DNA of 62,377 nucleotides, the filler included, from Actinomycetota bacterium (GTDB taxonomy: Bacteria; Actinomycetota; Actinomycetes; JAKEEW01), in assembly GCA_046725875.1 (NCBI GenBank). It is 5 parts of 5 records of this genome, joined end to end, with 100 filler letters (N's around TTAATTAATTAA, not from the genome) between each part and the next. Parts side by side here need not be neighbours in the genome. Positions count along the whole stretch, not along the records: positions 36,917 to 50,882 come from JBKOZJ010000182.1; positions 50,983 to 62,377 come from JBKOZJ010000184.1; 3 more parts are not named here. The stretch is one strand, 5' to 3'. Position 1 is the first letter of the stretch; the number at the start of each line of letters is the position of its first letter. The translations under genes were made by a program, and so were the position numbers. Below, piece by piece: positions 49,092-58,632 of this stretch. The notes under the pieces are model-generated. The model searched no databases. It was not told the origin of the DNA and saw only the letters and a list, made by a program, of their open reading frames with translations.

Positions 49092-50021
49092 TCACTTGCT
49101 AATGGCGATGTGGACGCTGCGGACCTCGAGCATGTAGAGATCGTCGCGATTGCCGAGCCAGGCAGGATCCGCTGGATCGAGCAGCCTGTCCCAGACGGCA
49201 ACGTCCGCAGCGTCGAGCAAGTCGGTCGGACGTATCCGGTCGACCTGGTGGGCGAGGCTTTCGAGGACGCGGTTGCGATCGGCATCCGCCAGCGGAGCCG
49301 ACCGCTCCATGAGCATGCTTCGAGTCGTCACTCCGACCAGCCGAGCGCGCCGCAGCGCTTCCGTCCAGCCGTACGGCATTCGGGTGGAGCCTGGCAGCTC
49401 GTCGCGCATCCGCGCGAACCACAGATCCTGCGCAACATCCAGCCGCATCTCGAGACCTGGCTGGCCAACTCCGACGTCCCAAGGCAGGTGGCGTGCGCGC
49501 AAGCCACCCTCGGCAAGCGCGAGCCGACCTCCAGGAGCCAACAGACTGGCGAGCGCATCGACCGCCGCCTGCTGGTCGCCAAGGTGATGCACAGACGCGC
49601 TTGCCCAGATCAAGTCCGCCGGTCGGTCGAGCGCCATCCGCAATCGATCCACGCCGTCGGCGAGATCGGCCTGGATGAAGACCACTCGCGCGCCACTCGC
49701 CGGCGCCGCGGCCGCCACATTCTGCTCGGCCGCGGCCAACACTTCGGGAGTTGCGTCAACCGCCACGACGACGCACGACTCGTCGAGCTGGGCGGCGAGG
49801 GCGGCCGTCATTCCCCCGCCACCACAACCGACGTCGACGGCGACGATTGCTTGACGCGGTGCACTCACCAGGTCACCGGCGACGGCCGCATACCAGCCTG
49901 CCTGATCCTGGGCAACGCTGCCGAGCCGATCGGCCGTCTCGGCCCAGTCAATGACATAAGGCGCCGCCTCGGACGCGCCGACGCGATCCTGGCCGCGTTG
50001 GCTGCCGTTCTCGCTGTCCAT
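49092..50021 (-). CDS. Class I SAM-dependent methyltransferase
   Basis: VDVGCGGGG, VAVDATPEVL, DLIWASASVHH, LAPGGRLALAEG. Confidence 0.88.
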   Translation of the reverse strand: MDSENGSQRGQDRVGASEAAPYVIDWAETADRLGSVAQDQAGWYAAVAGDLVSAPRQAIVAVDVGCGGGGMTAALAAQLDESCVVVAVDATPEVLAAAEQNVAAAAPASGARVVFIQADLADGVDRLRMALDRPADLIWASASVHHLGDQQAAVDALASLLAPGGRLALAEGGLRARHLPWDVGVGQPGLEMRLDVAQDLWFARMRDELPGSTRMPYGWTEALRRARLVGVTTRSMLMERSAPLADADRNRVLESLAHQVDRIRPTDLLDAADVAVWDRLLDPADPAWLGNRDDLYMLEVRSVHIAISK

Positions 50022-50090
50022 ACCATCGATCGTGCCAGCGCGACTCGTCGCCCATCATGAATCGACGCCATCGCGACCCCCGTCGGGAGG

Positions 50091-50612
50091 TCACTGGTGG
50101 TACGCATGCACGACGGCGTGCCCCTTGCCCCGGCGGATCATCGCCCGGTTGACCGCAAACGCGAACGGCCAGGCGATGACGAAGCCGCCGAGAAGCGGCA
50201 GCCAGAAGCGGGCGTCGCTGAGGCCGGCCTCGAGCGCCCCTGGCACCAGCACGATCGTCAGGTTGTCGATCAGCTCCATGATGGCGATCGAGACGGTGTC
50301 GGCCGCGAGGGCGATCGGCACGATCGCGCTGAAGGCGAGCCCGGCGCGCAGGAGCGGCAGCGAGGTGAGGGCGTAGCCGAAGAGGAAGGCGAGCCCGACG
50401 GCAACCGCTATCGCCGCGGAATCATCCCAGCCGAACGCGGTAGCGATCACCATGCCGACGACCTCGCCGGCGAGACATCCGGTGAGACAGTGGTTCGTCG
50501 CACTCGTGGCCAGTCGGTTGAGTCCGGCCTCGTTGGTCGAATGGGGGCTTCGGTCGGCGCCGGCGTCCCCGTGTTCGCCGACCTCTCGATGTGCATGACT
50601 CACTACGGTCAT
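50091..50612 (-). CDS. DUF4396 domain membrane protein
   Basis: ATNHCLTGCLAGE, ADTVSIAIMELIDN, VNRAMIRRGKGHAVVH. Confidence 0.85.
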   Translation of the reverse strand: MTVVSHAHREVGEHGDAGADRSPHSTNEAGLNRLATSATNHCLTGCLAGEVVGMVIATAFGWDDSAAIAVAVGLAFLFGYALTSLPLLRAGLAFSAIVPIALAADTVSIAIMELIDNLTIVLVPGALEAGLSDARFWLPLLGGFVIAWPFAFAVNRAMIRRGKGHAVVHAYHQ

Positions 50613-50744
50613 CCTCCTCTCTTCATATTTTCATCCTGAAGACCCCATGGCGCTTCGTTCGCGAGCCTGCGGATCCCGTAGCCTCATCCGCAAGTCGTCG
50701 CGAGACGAAGCTGAAAATCCCCTCGGACACCCGTGAAGAGACAC

Positions 50745-50882
50745 GTGCGATCGCTGACCGTTGTCGACGCGCCCTCGAACCTCGGACTTCGCCCGCCGAG
50801 GCCAGGCGCTGAGCCCGGCGTGCGCGAGATGGCGGCCGCGCTACGCGGCCTGGGGATCGTGGAGCGGCTGCACGCCGACGAC
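50745..50882 (+). CDS. Arginase family protein, N-terminus only (contig end)
   Basis: VVDAPSNLGLRPPRPGAEPGV..AALR..G typical of actinobacterial arginase-family N-termini. Confidence 0.7.
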
Positions 50883-50982
50883 NNNNNNNNNNNNNNNNNN
50901 NNNNNNNNNNNNNNNNNNNNNNNNNNTTAATTAATTAANNNNNNNNNNNNNNNNNNNNNNNNNNNNNNNNNNNNNNNNNNNN
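50883..50982. other. Artificial contig spacer
   Basis: N run with TTAATTAATTAA at 50927-50938. Confidence 0.99.
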
Positions 50983-51289
50983 CCCCGATGATCCCAACAG
51001 GACGATCATCCAAGCAGAGGCCCAGGTCACCCACACAAACGTCGACACGGGCTTCGCGCTCACCGAGGTCGACCGCCAAGTGCTCCAGTTTGACGCCGCT
51101 GACTCCCAATTCAAAGCGACCGGGATCTACTGGAATTTGCGCGATGCCGACGGAAAGCTCGTTCTGATCCAGGCTGGTCAGCTTGTGGTCGATGCCGAGA
51201 CAGACGAAATAGTGAAGCTGACCCCCTCGATCAATCCGGACTTCGCAGCGGTCATTTGCCCTGCGCTCGGCGGGGCGCCCGCGACCTGA
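50983..51289 (+). CDS. Hypothetical protein, 5' truncated
   Basis: Frame open from contig start with protein-like beta-rich composition ending ..ICPALGGAPAT. Confidence 0.55.
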
Positions 51290-51471
51290 GAGCCTGAATC
51301 CACTTCGTGAGGGGCGCAGCCCGCGGCCGGAATCCAAGGTCCGACCGCGGGCTCGCACCCCCCGTCGAGGCTGGCTGTCGAGCGGCGACCCTGAAACTGC
51401 AACGCCAGGGCCTACAGCATGCTCGTTGGTGCCCGGATGTGCATCTGCCGCCGTCCCTCATCCGTCGAATG

Positions 51472-51942
51472 TCAGCTGGCGGCGAAGTCCATGTACCAGC
51501 TCTGGCTGCCGTCGGCATTCTGCGTGATCGTGACCTGGCCCTGCGCGTCGCGGTATTCGCCAGTGCCTCCGGTGATCGCAACCACAACCTGCGGAAGCAC
51601 ATTCGTGCCGCCAAGCGCGCCCTCGAAGGTGACCTGTCCGCCGGACAGGTTCGCGGCCGCTTCGCACATTGAGTACTCCGCCGTGATGGCCGTGCACTTG
51701 TGCGGAGACGCCCCGACCTGCTTCCCATTGTCGGTCAACTGCGTGACGAAGAACCACCGATCGCCGGGCTGTTGAGCGGCACCGCCGGCTCGGCTGGGCA
51801 GGGCGCTGAAGTCGGTGATCACACCGCGCAAACGAAGGTCGTCGATGCCCGAGGAGGCGGTCGCGGAGGACGAGGCGGTGACGGCGATACCCCCAAGAAC
51901 GATCGGCAGGACCACGAAAGGTGTGGCGAGCAGGCGATGCAT
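51472..51942 (-). CDS. Secreted dirigent/allene-oxide-cyclase-like beta-barrel protein
   Basis: Signal peptide, PGDRWFF..L, two Cys, GQVTF, AITGGTGEYRDAQG; RBS AAAGGAG. Confidence 0.7.
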   Translation of the reverse strand: MHRLLATPFVVLPIVLGGIAVTASSSATASSGIDDLRLRGVITDFSALPSRAGGAAQQPGDRWFFVTQLTDNGKQVGASPHKCTAITAEYSMCEAAANLSGGQVTFEGALGGTNVLPQVVVAITGGTGEYRDAQGQVTITQNADGSQSWYMDFAAS

Positions 51943-52010
51943 TTGCAGCTCCTTTGGTCAGGCTCGGCTAGGTCCGGGCGCTTGCGAAGCTAGTGATGTA
52001 CGCGGTCACG

Positions 52011-52029
52011 GACATCGGGGGAATCCCTA
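52011..52029 (-). promoter_or_regulatory. Candidate LuxR-type activator box with -10 element
   Basis: TAGGGATTCCCCCGATGTC (minus strand), then 18 nt, then TAGCTT. Confidence 0.6.
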
Positions 52030-52113
52030 CGGTTGAGCCGATCGGGGACTGTTCTCTCTTGACCCAAAGGCGCATGCTGGCAGGGGCTGGATCCGCCGAC
52101 ATGGGGGACGCTG

Positions 52114-54909
52114 ATGGGTCCGGACGGGACTACGATGCCTGGCCTGGTTGGTCGCGTCCGGGAGCAGGCTGCCATTGCCGGCTTCATCGAGTCGATCTCG
52201 GTCGGCGCGGCCGCGCTAGTCATCTGCGGAGATGTCGGCGTAGGCAAAACGACCCTCTGGCTGTACGGCCGGGATGCGGCGGCGCAGACGGCTCGCGTTC
52301 TACATTGCCGCCCTGGAGAACTCGGCACGAGGGTCTCGTACTCCGGCTTGGCCGAGCTGTTCAACGGGCTCGACGCGGAGATGTTCGTGCTCGCTGACGC
52401 TGAGCGCCATGCGCTCCTGTCGGCGATCCGCCGCGCCGAACCAGGTGATAGTCGCATCGATCACTCCACCGTCGCGGTCGCGGCTGCCAACGTCCTCGGT
52501 GAGGCATCCAGGAACCGGCTCGTGCTCGCGATTGACGACCTGCAGTGGCTGGATTCGTCTTCGGCAAAGGCCATCGGGTTCGCGCTTCGAAAGCACCCCG
52601 ATCAACCGATCGGTGTGCTTGCCACTCAGCGTGGCTCGGCCAGTTCCGATCTTCTTCGATCCGAGCTATCGCCTAATCGCGTTTCGCTGCTCGACCTAGG
52701 CCCGCTCAGCGAAGAGGAGACCGACCAGCTCATCCGGCTCCGTCTCGGCGCCGCCTTACGGCGGCCGTTGATTGGCCAGATACATAAAACGGCGGCCGGC
52801 AACCCGCTGTTCTCCTTGGAGCTCGCAAGAGCCGCGCTGCAGTCGACAACGATCGCGGCGAGCACACCTCTGCCACTGCCCAGCAGCCTGCGCGACCTGA
52901 TGGGGCGGCGGATCGCCGCGGTGAGTGCGGCGACCCAGGATGTGTTGCTGCTGGTTGCGGCGGCGACCGACGCCAGCACAACCACCGTGGAACGCGCTCT
53001 CGGACCCGGATCGCTGGCTGCGCTGCAGCGTGGAGCCGACGCCGGGCTGCTCGACGTTGACCAGGGCCACCTCACGTTCAGGCACCCCCTGCTCGCGGCG
53101 ACCGCCTACGCCCAGGCCGATCCGTCCCGGCGCCGCCGCGTCCATGAGCTGCTCGCATCGATGTCCAATGACGTCGAAGAGCGTGCGCGGCATTTGTCAG
53201 CAGCGGCGGCGCTGCCGGACGCGCAGGTAGCGTTGGACCTGGAAGCAGGTGCCGCAGCGGCCTACGCCCGCGGTGCCCCCGATGCGGCCGGCACGCTGGC
53301 TGAGCGTGCGCTGGGGCTGACGCCTGCAGACCGTCAGGCAGACGCATATCGGCGAGCGGTGGCTGCCGCAGATTACCTATGGGAGGCCGGAGATACGGAA
53401 CGTTGTGTGGCCCTGCTGCGCTCCCAAGTGACCCGGCTCCCTGCGGGCCACCGGCGGGCCACCGTGTTGCGCCGTCTCGCATCAGCGACTGCAGCCAGCG
53501 ACGGGTGGTCAGCGGTCACACCAGTGCTGGCACAAGGCATCGCCGAGGCGGGCCGAGATGCGAGGTTGCAGGCCCTACTACGTAGGGATCTGGCGTTCGT
53601 CCAGATGCAAACCGGGGACGTCGGGGCATCCACAACAGAAGCCACGCGCGCGGTCCGATTCGCCGAGCGCGCGCATGATCCAGAGGTACGGGCGGACGCC
53701 GAGGCCGTCTACTTGGTCCAGGCCGTCATCAGGGGTAAGGCGCCGAGTGATCTTCGCGCCCGGCTCGCCCGGCTCGCAGAACTCAGCGACACGCGAGATC
53801 GCTGGATACCCGGCGGATCCCGCTGGGTGCTTGCGGCGGTCGTACTAAAATGGACGGACGACTTCGACACAGCACGAAGACTCCTCACCGCCGTTTACCA
53901 CGAACACTGGAAGCGTCAAGAGGACGGCCTCCTCATACCGGCGCTGTTCCAACTGGGTGAGCTGGAGTGCTGGGCGGGCAACCTGGACCAGGCGGTCGCA
54001 CTCGGTCATCTCGCTCAGGAAACCGAGCAGCGATCGTCGCGGTTGGCCTACCGAGGAATGTCGCTCTATCCCTCGGCGTTGGCTGCTGCGCGTTCAGGCG
54101 AAAGCGATCGAGCCAGGGAACTCGCCCACGAATGCCTATCGATCGAGGAGCGCACCGGCGACAGTCGCCATCAGATGCGTGCGCTGAGCGTCCTCGGTTT
54201 CGTGGACCTGACGACGGGCGATGCCGCTTCCGCGGTTGGGCATCTCCGACGAGCCGCCGCCTTGCGGCGCACGCTCGGCTACGAGCATCCCGGCGTCATT
54301 CGCACATCCGCGGACCACATCGAGTCCTTGGTCATCATCGGCGAGCAAGCAGCCGCACGGCGGCACCTCGCAGTGTTGACTGAGCAGGCCCGCCGGACCG
54401 CAAGCTGGTGGGGCACCATGGCAGCAGGACGCTGCCGCGGCCTCCTCGATGCGGCGGCCGGAAACCTCGAGGCCGCTGAGAGTGCGTTGCGATCGGCCGT
54501 GGCCATTGGGGACCGTGTTCTGGACCCCCTGGAGAAGGGGCGAACCCTATTTGCACTCGGAGGCGTATTGCGCCGATTGAGGCGCACGACCGCCGCGCAA
54601 GAGGTTTTCGCGCAGGCAAACGATGCGCTCGAGGCCGCCGCGGCTCCGCTCTGGCGGGCCAAAGTTGCTGCCGAGCTTGATCGACTTCACCGCCGGGGCC
54701 GACAGGTCGCGGGCCTGACCTCCATGGAAACCCGGATCTCCGAGCTCGTCGCGGAAGGACGATCGAACAAAGAGATCGCCGCAACGGCCTACATCAGCTT
54801 GAAGACCGTGGAGGCTCACCTGTCGAGCATCTACCGCAAGCTCGGACTGCGCTCTCGAACGGAGCTCGCGGCGCATTTGCTTTCCGCTACCGAACGACCG
54901 AGCGGCTAG
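52114..54909 (+). CDS. Large ATP-binding LuxR family (LAL) transcriptional regulator
   Basis: LVGR..E, GDVGVGKTT, IDDLQWLD, GNPLF, FRHPL, C-terminal HTH GRSNKEIA..SLKTVEAHLSSIYRKLG. Confidence 0.93.
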   Translation: MGPDGTTMPGLVGRVREQAAIAGFIESISVGAAALVICGDVGVGKTTLWLYGRDAAAQTARVLHCRPGELGTRVSYSGLAELFNGLDAEMFVLADAERHALLSAIRRAEPGDSRIDHSTVAVAAANVLGEASRNRLVLAIDDLQWLDSSSAKAIGFALRKHPDQPIGVLATQRGSASSDLLRSELSPNRVSLLDLGPLSEEETDQLIRLRLGAALRRPLIGQIHKTAAGNPLFSLELARAALQSTTIAASTPLPLPSSLRDLMGRRIAAVSAATQDVLLLVAAATDASTTTVERALGPGSLAALQRGADAGLLDVDQGHLTFRHPLLAATAYAQADPSRRRRVHELLASMSNDVEERARHLSAAAALPDAQVALDLEAGAAAAYARGAPDAAGTLAERALGLTPADRQADAYRRAVAAADYLWEAGDTERCVALLRSQVTRLPAGHRRATVLRRLASATAASDGWSAVTPVLAQGIAEAGRDARLQALLRRDLAFVQMQTGDVGASTTEATRAVRFAERAHDPEVRADAEAVYLVQAVIRGKAPSDLRARLARLAELSDTRDRWIPGGSRWVLAAVVLKWTDDFDTARRLLTAVYHEHWKRQEDGLLIPALFQLGELECWAGNLDQAVALGHLAQETEQRSSRLAYRGMSLYPSALAAARSGESDRARELAHECLSIEERTGDSRHQMRALSVLGFVDLTTGDAASAVGHLRRAAALRRTLGYEHPGVIRTSADHIESLVIIGEQAAARRHLAVLTEQARRTASWWGTMAAGRCRGLLDAAAGNLEAAESALRSAVAIGDRVLDPLEKGRTLFALGGVLRRLRRTTAAQEVFAQANDALEAAAAPLWRAKVAAELDRLHRRGRQVAGLTSMETRISELVAEGRSNKEIAATAYISLKTVEAHLSSIYRKLGLRSRTELAAHLLSATERPSG

Positions 54910-54926
54910 GGGTTTTCACCGATGTC
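54908..54926 (+). promoter_or_regulatory. Candidate LuxR-type activator box with -10 element
   Basis: AGGGGTTTTCACCGATGTC, then 18 nt, then TACGGT at 54945-54950. Confidence 0.6.
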
Positions 54927-54981
54927 GGGCGAGTAGCGCCGATCTACGGTAGACCTGCACAGTTCCCTTAGGGAGATCGCG

Positions 54982-55857
54982 ATGACGACCGAGCCGCCCG
55001 ACACTGCTGGGCCGATGCTGACTGTCGGTGATATCACCTGCCGCGTCCTAAGTGACGGCCAGGTCCCCTACGAGCCAGGCTTCCTATTTGCGAACGTCGA
55101 TTCGCCAACACTTGATCGCGCCCTCGAAGGGCGACTCGACGAGCTGGGAAGGCTGGCCACGCCCTACCACTGCCTGTTGATCGAAACGCCCAAGGCGAGG
55201 ATCCTCATCGACACCGGTCTTGGCCGGCAGGCGGAAGTGATCGGTGCCCCAGCCGGCCGAATGCTCCGGTCCCTGGAAAGTGCCGGCATGTCGCCCGGCG
55301 ACGTCGAGATCGTTCTGCTCAGCCATGCCCACCCCGACCATATCGGCGGGCTTCTCCACAATGGCCACTTGACCTTTCCTGGTGCACGGCACGTGATGTC
55401 TCGGATCGAATGGGACTATTGGACTTCGCCTGACACCCTCGGCCAGCTCCCGGAGTCCCTCGCCGCGCCCGCGCGCGCTCTCCTTCCGCCACTCGCAGAG
55501 GCGGACGTTCTTGACCTAACGGATCAAGAAATGGAGATCGTCGACGGCGTACGAGTGGCACCTGCACCAGGCCACACGCCCGGCCACAGCGTGGTCTCCG
55601 TCAGCTCCGGTGGGTCAAACCTTCTGTTCATGGCCGACTCGATACTTGACGAGTTGGAGTTCCTGCACCCGCATTGGGTGAGCGCGGTGGACTGGTCGGC
55701 GACTCAAACCGAGAGCACAAGGCGTCGACTCCTGGATCAGGCCTCTATCGACGGCAGCCTCGTCCTCGCGTACCACATCGGCAGCATCGGTACTGTCGAA
55801 AGGTCTTCAGGCGCCTACAAGCTCATCCAGCAGGACAAGGTGGCGTCTCCGAAATGA
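54982..55857 (+). CDS. MBL-fold metallo-hydrolase (lactonase/MPH-like)
   Basis: LIDTG, SHAHPDHIGG, PGHTPGH, MAD, AYH. Confidence 0.9.
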   Translation: MTTEPPDTAGPMLTVGDITCRVLSDGQVPYEPGFLFANVDSPTLDRALEGRLDELGRLATPYHCLLIETPKARILIDTGLGRQAEVIGAPAGRMLRSLESAGMSPGDVEIVLLSHAHPDHIGGLLHNGHLTFPGARHVMSRIEWDYWTSPDTLGQLPESLAAPARALLPPLAEADVLDLTDQEMEIVDGVRVAPAPGHTPGHSVVSVSSGGSNLLFMADSILDELEFLHPHWVSAVDWSATQTESTRRRLLDQASIDGSLVLAYHIGSIGTVERSSGAYKLIQQDKVASPK

Positions 55858-55904
55858 CCAGACCCTCGTGAGGGACCGCGCCTGCACCTGATGGCGTGGT
55901 CGAG

Positions 55905-56804
55905 CTAGACGGCATGGGTGGCAGACTCGAGCGCGGTGGTCGACTCCAGCTGGGGTAGGACGTCTGGCGGCATGTCGTGCAGGTCGATCGTGACCTCGTG
56001 GCTGGTATCGACACCGCGGACGAGGGTGACCGCGAGTGTGTCGGCATCCGGGTGGTCGCGAAGGGCCGCATAGAGGGAGATTATCGAGCGCAGGTCGCGG
56101 CCGGCCGCGGCCGTCAGGACGTCGCCGGTTCTAATAGCAGCGCGGTCGGCGCGGCCGCCCGGTTGGACAATGCGGACGAGTAGGCCAACGACCTCCGGCA
56201 GCCCTACCGAGCGGCGCATCTCGACACCGATGTGGGCCGGCGCCAAGGTCATGCCAAGTCGAGGCAGGTCGTCGCCGGACAGCGAACCCTCGAACGAGAC
56301 CAGCAGCTGTCGCAGCAGCGTGACAAGCTCCTCACGCTGTTCAGGATCCAGCGCCGCTAGGAGCCGATGTTCGGTTCGGAGGTGCGCGGGCGCGACGCGG
56401 TCGAACAGGGCACGACCGGCGTCGGTCAAACGGACCATGCTGTTGCGGCGGTCGGCCGGATCGGGTGCGCGCGTAACCAGACCCTGGTCGCTGAGGCGGT
56501 CGACGCGGACGCTCACCGTGCCCGAGGTGAGGCCCAGCTCACTCATGAGCCGGCGTTGCGAAATGCCGCCGGCTCGGTCGAGGCGTCGCAACGTCACCAA
56601 GGCCTCGAAGTCTGAGCTAGTCAGCCCGTACTCCGCAAACGTGGCCTCCAGCTCAGCGTCGATGACTCGCCGAATGCGGGCGAAGCGGGCGATGACCGCG
56701 ACCGGAGCGAGGTCAAGGTCCGGCCGTACCTGAGCCCACGAGTCCAGTAGGCGGTCTATGGAGTCCCGCGGCTCGGGGCCGGCAGCGCCAGTGCGGGCAG
56801 ACAT
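55905..56804 (-). CDS. MarR family regulator (TamR/UrtR-like) fused to a C-terminal PDZ-like domain
   Basis: SWAQVRPDLD..FEALVTLRR..TSGTVSVRVDRL..DPADRR; then LGMTL..GLLVRIVQPGGRADRAAIRTGDVL..VTLVRG. Confidence 0.85.
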   Translation of the reverse strand: MSARTGAAGPEPRDSIDRLLDSWAQVRPDLDLAPVAVIARFARIRRVIDAELEATFAEYGLTSSDFEALVTLRRLDRAGGISQRRLMSELGLTSGTVSVRVDRLSDQGLVTRAPDPADRRNSMVRLTDAGRALFDRVAPAHLRTEHRLLAALDPEQREELVTLLRQLLVSFEGSLSGDDLPRLGMTLAPAHIGVEMRRSVGLPEVVGLLVRIVQPGGRADRAAIRTGDVLTAAAGRDLRSIISLYAALRDHPDADTLAVTLVRGVDTSHEVTIDLHDMPPDVLPQLESTTALESATHAV

Positions 56805-56923
56805 GTCCAGATCATACGCTCGGAGTAATCGCTCGGACTCAAGGTTTCAGTCCAAGCCTGATCGGACCGGAGAAAATCGAAGCAGTATGCTCCGCGGGTG
56901 CAGCCGGTCAACGTGGAGGATCC

Positions 56924-57523
56924 ATGATCGCTGATGTTCCGGCGGACCTGCCCGACACGGGGGCCACGAATGCCGCGCTAGAGGTGAGCAGCAAGTATTG
57001 CTCCCCTGCGTTGTTCAACCACAGTGTGCGTTCCTATCTGTGGAGCCGCTCCTACGCCACCGCCGACGGGATCGACTTCGATGCTGAACTGCTCGGCGTC
57101 GCCGCGCTGCTACACGACATCGGTCTCACCGAAGTGTTCGACAGTCACACCGTCGCGTTCGAGGAGTCCGGTGGGCAGCTCGCCTGGGTGTTCGGTGCCG
57201 CCGTTGGCTGGCCGGCCGCCAGGCGGAATCGAGTGGCCGAGATCATCGTGCTTCACATGCGGGACATGGTCTCCACTTCCCAGGATCCCGAGTCCCACTT
57301 GCTGCAGGTGGCAACGAGCTTCGATGTCTCCGGGCGCTATGCCGAACGCTTCCCGGAACGACTGCGTGACGATGTGCTCGCGCGGTATCCACGGCTTGGC
57401 TTCGGAGCGGCCTTTCTCGACCTGTGTACGAAGCAGGGGAGCCGCAAACCGGCAAGCGCGGCCGCCGAACTGATTCGCGGGGGTCTGGCCGCCCGGATCG
57501 CGACCAACCCGCTCGATCGCTGA
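56924..57523 (+). CDS. HD domain protein (cyanamide hydratase-like subfamily)
   Basis: NHSVRSYLW, AALLHDIGL, FEESGG, IVLHM; RBS GGAGG. Confidence 0.85.
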   Translation: MIADVPADLPDTGATNAALEVSSKYCSPALFNHSVRSYLWSRSYATADGIDFDAELLGVAALLHDIGLTEVFDSHTVAFEESGGQLAWVFGAAVGWPAARRNRVAEIIVLHMRDMVSTSQDPESHLLQVATSFDVSGRYAERFPERLRDDVLARYPRLGFGAAFLDLCTKQGSRKPASAAAELIRGGLAARIATNPLDR

Positions 57524-57597
57524 AGTTCCTGTTGACGATATGGCCTCGGCGTCGGATCTCGTGCGTGCTGATCGTCGTATGGGGTAGCTGCCGTGGC

Positions 57598-58632
57598 ATG
57601 GGCGGTACGGGTAATTCGGATACAACGCGAAAGAGTGCTGTGGTCTTCGCACCACTGCCGCTGCTCACCGTAACCGTCGAGGCGCGGGGGGACCAGTCGG
57701 AGATCCACCTTCATGCCGGCGGGCAGGGTGTCTGGCAGGCCCGCATGATCAATGCTCTTGGCGTACCGGTGACGCTGTGCGGTTTATTCGGCGGCGAGAC
57801 CGGTCGCGTTCTGCAGCGGCTCATCCCCGATGAGGGGATTGCACTGCAAGCGGTCGAAGGCGTGTCGCGCAACGGTGCGTACGTTCACGACCGCCGCGCC
57901 GGCCAGCGGACGGTATTCGCGGAGGCGCCAGGGGATCCCCTGTCCCGTCATGAGCTGGACGAATTGCACAACCTTGTGCTCGTTGAGGGACTTGACGCGA
58001 AGGCGTGTCTCCTCAGTGGCCCGGCCGAACCTGGGCTTGTGCCTTCCGAGGTCTACCACCGTCTGGCCCACGATCTGACCGACGACGGTCGGCACGTCGT
58101 TGCGGACCTGACCGGGGAAGATTTAAGCGCGGTGGTCGACGGTGGTGCCAACGTGATCAAGGTGAGCCACGAGGAGTTGCTCGCGGACGGCCGCGCCGGC
58201 AGCGAGAGCGTCGATGACCTGCTTGGGGCAATGAGGCAGTTGCGGGCGGCCGGAGCGGAGCTCATTGTTGTGTCTCGGGCCGCCGAGCCTGCCTTGGCCA
58301 TGATCTACGACGATGTCTACGTAGTCGCGATGCGGCAATTCGAGCCCGCCGATTCGCGGGGGGCCGGAGATTCGATGACGGCCGGCATCGCGGCCGCCCT
58401 GGCCACCGGCGAGGACTTCGACGTCGCCGTGCGCCTCGGCGCCGCCGCAGGCGCGCTTAATGTCACCCGCTCTGGGCTAGGTACGGGCGAAGGGGGCGCG
58501 GTGTTGAGACTGATGGCGCACATACAGCTGCATCGTTTCGCGCCGGGAGAGCCTGCAGAGGTTGGGTCCCCCACTTCCACGTCCCGAGTAGCCACACCGA
58601 ACGAGCTCGCCGAACGGGCACGGGAAAAATGA
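57598..58632 (+). CDS. PfkB family carbohydrate kinase (1-phosphofructokinase-like)
   Basis: HAGGQGVWQAR, VVADLTG, KVSHEEL, DSRGAGDSMTAG. Confidence 0.85.
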   Translation: MGGTGNSDTTRKSAVVFAPLPLLTVTVEARGDQSEIHLHAGGQGVWQARMINALGVPVTLCGLFGGETGRVLQRLIPDEGIALQAVEGVSRNGAYVHDRRAGQRTVFAEAPGDPLSRHELDELHNLVLVEGLDAKACLLSGPAEPGLVPSEVYHRLAHDLTDDGRHVVADLTGEDLSAVVDGGANVIKVSHEELLADGRAGSESVDDLLGAMRQLRAAGAELIVVSRAAEPALAMIYDDVYVVAMRQFEPADSRGAGDSMTAGIAAALATGEDFDVAVRLGAAAGALNVTRSGLGTGEGGAVLRLMAHIQLHRFAPGEPAEVGSPTSTSRVATPNELAERAREK

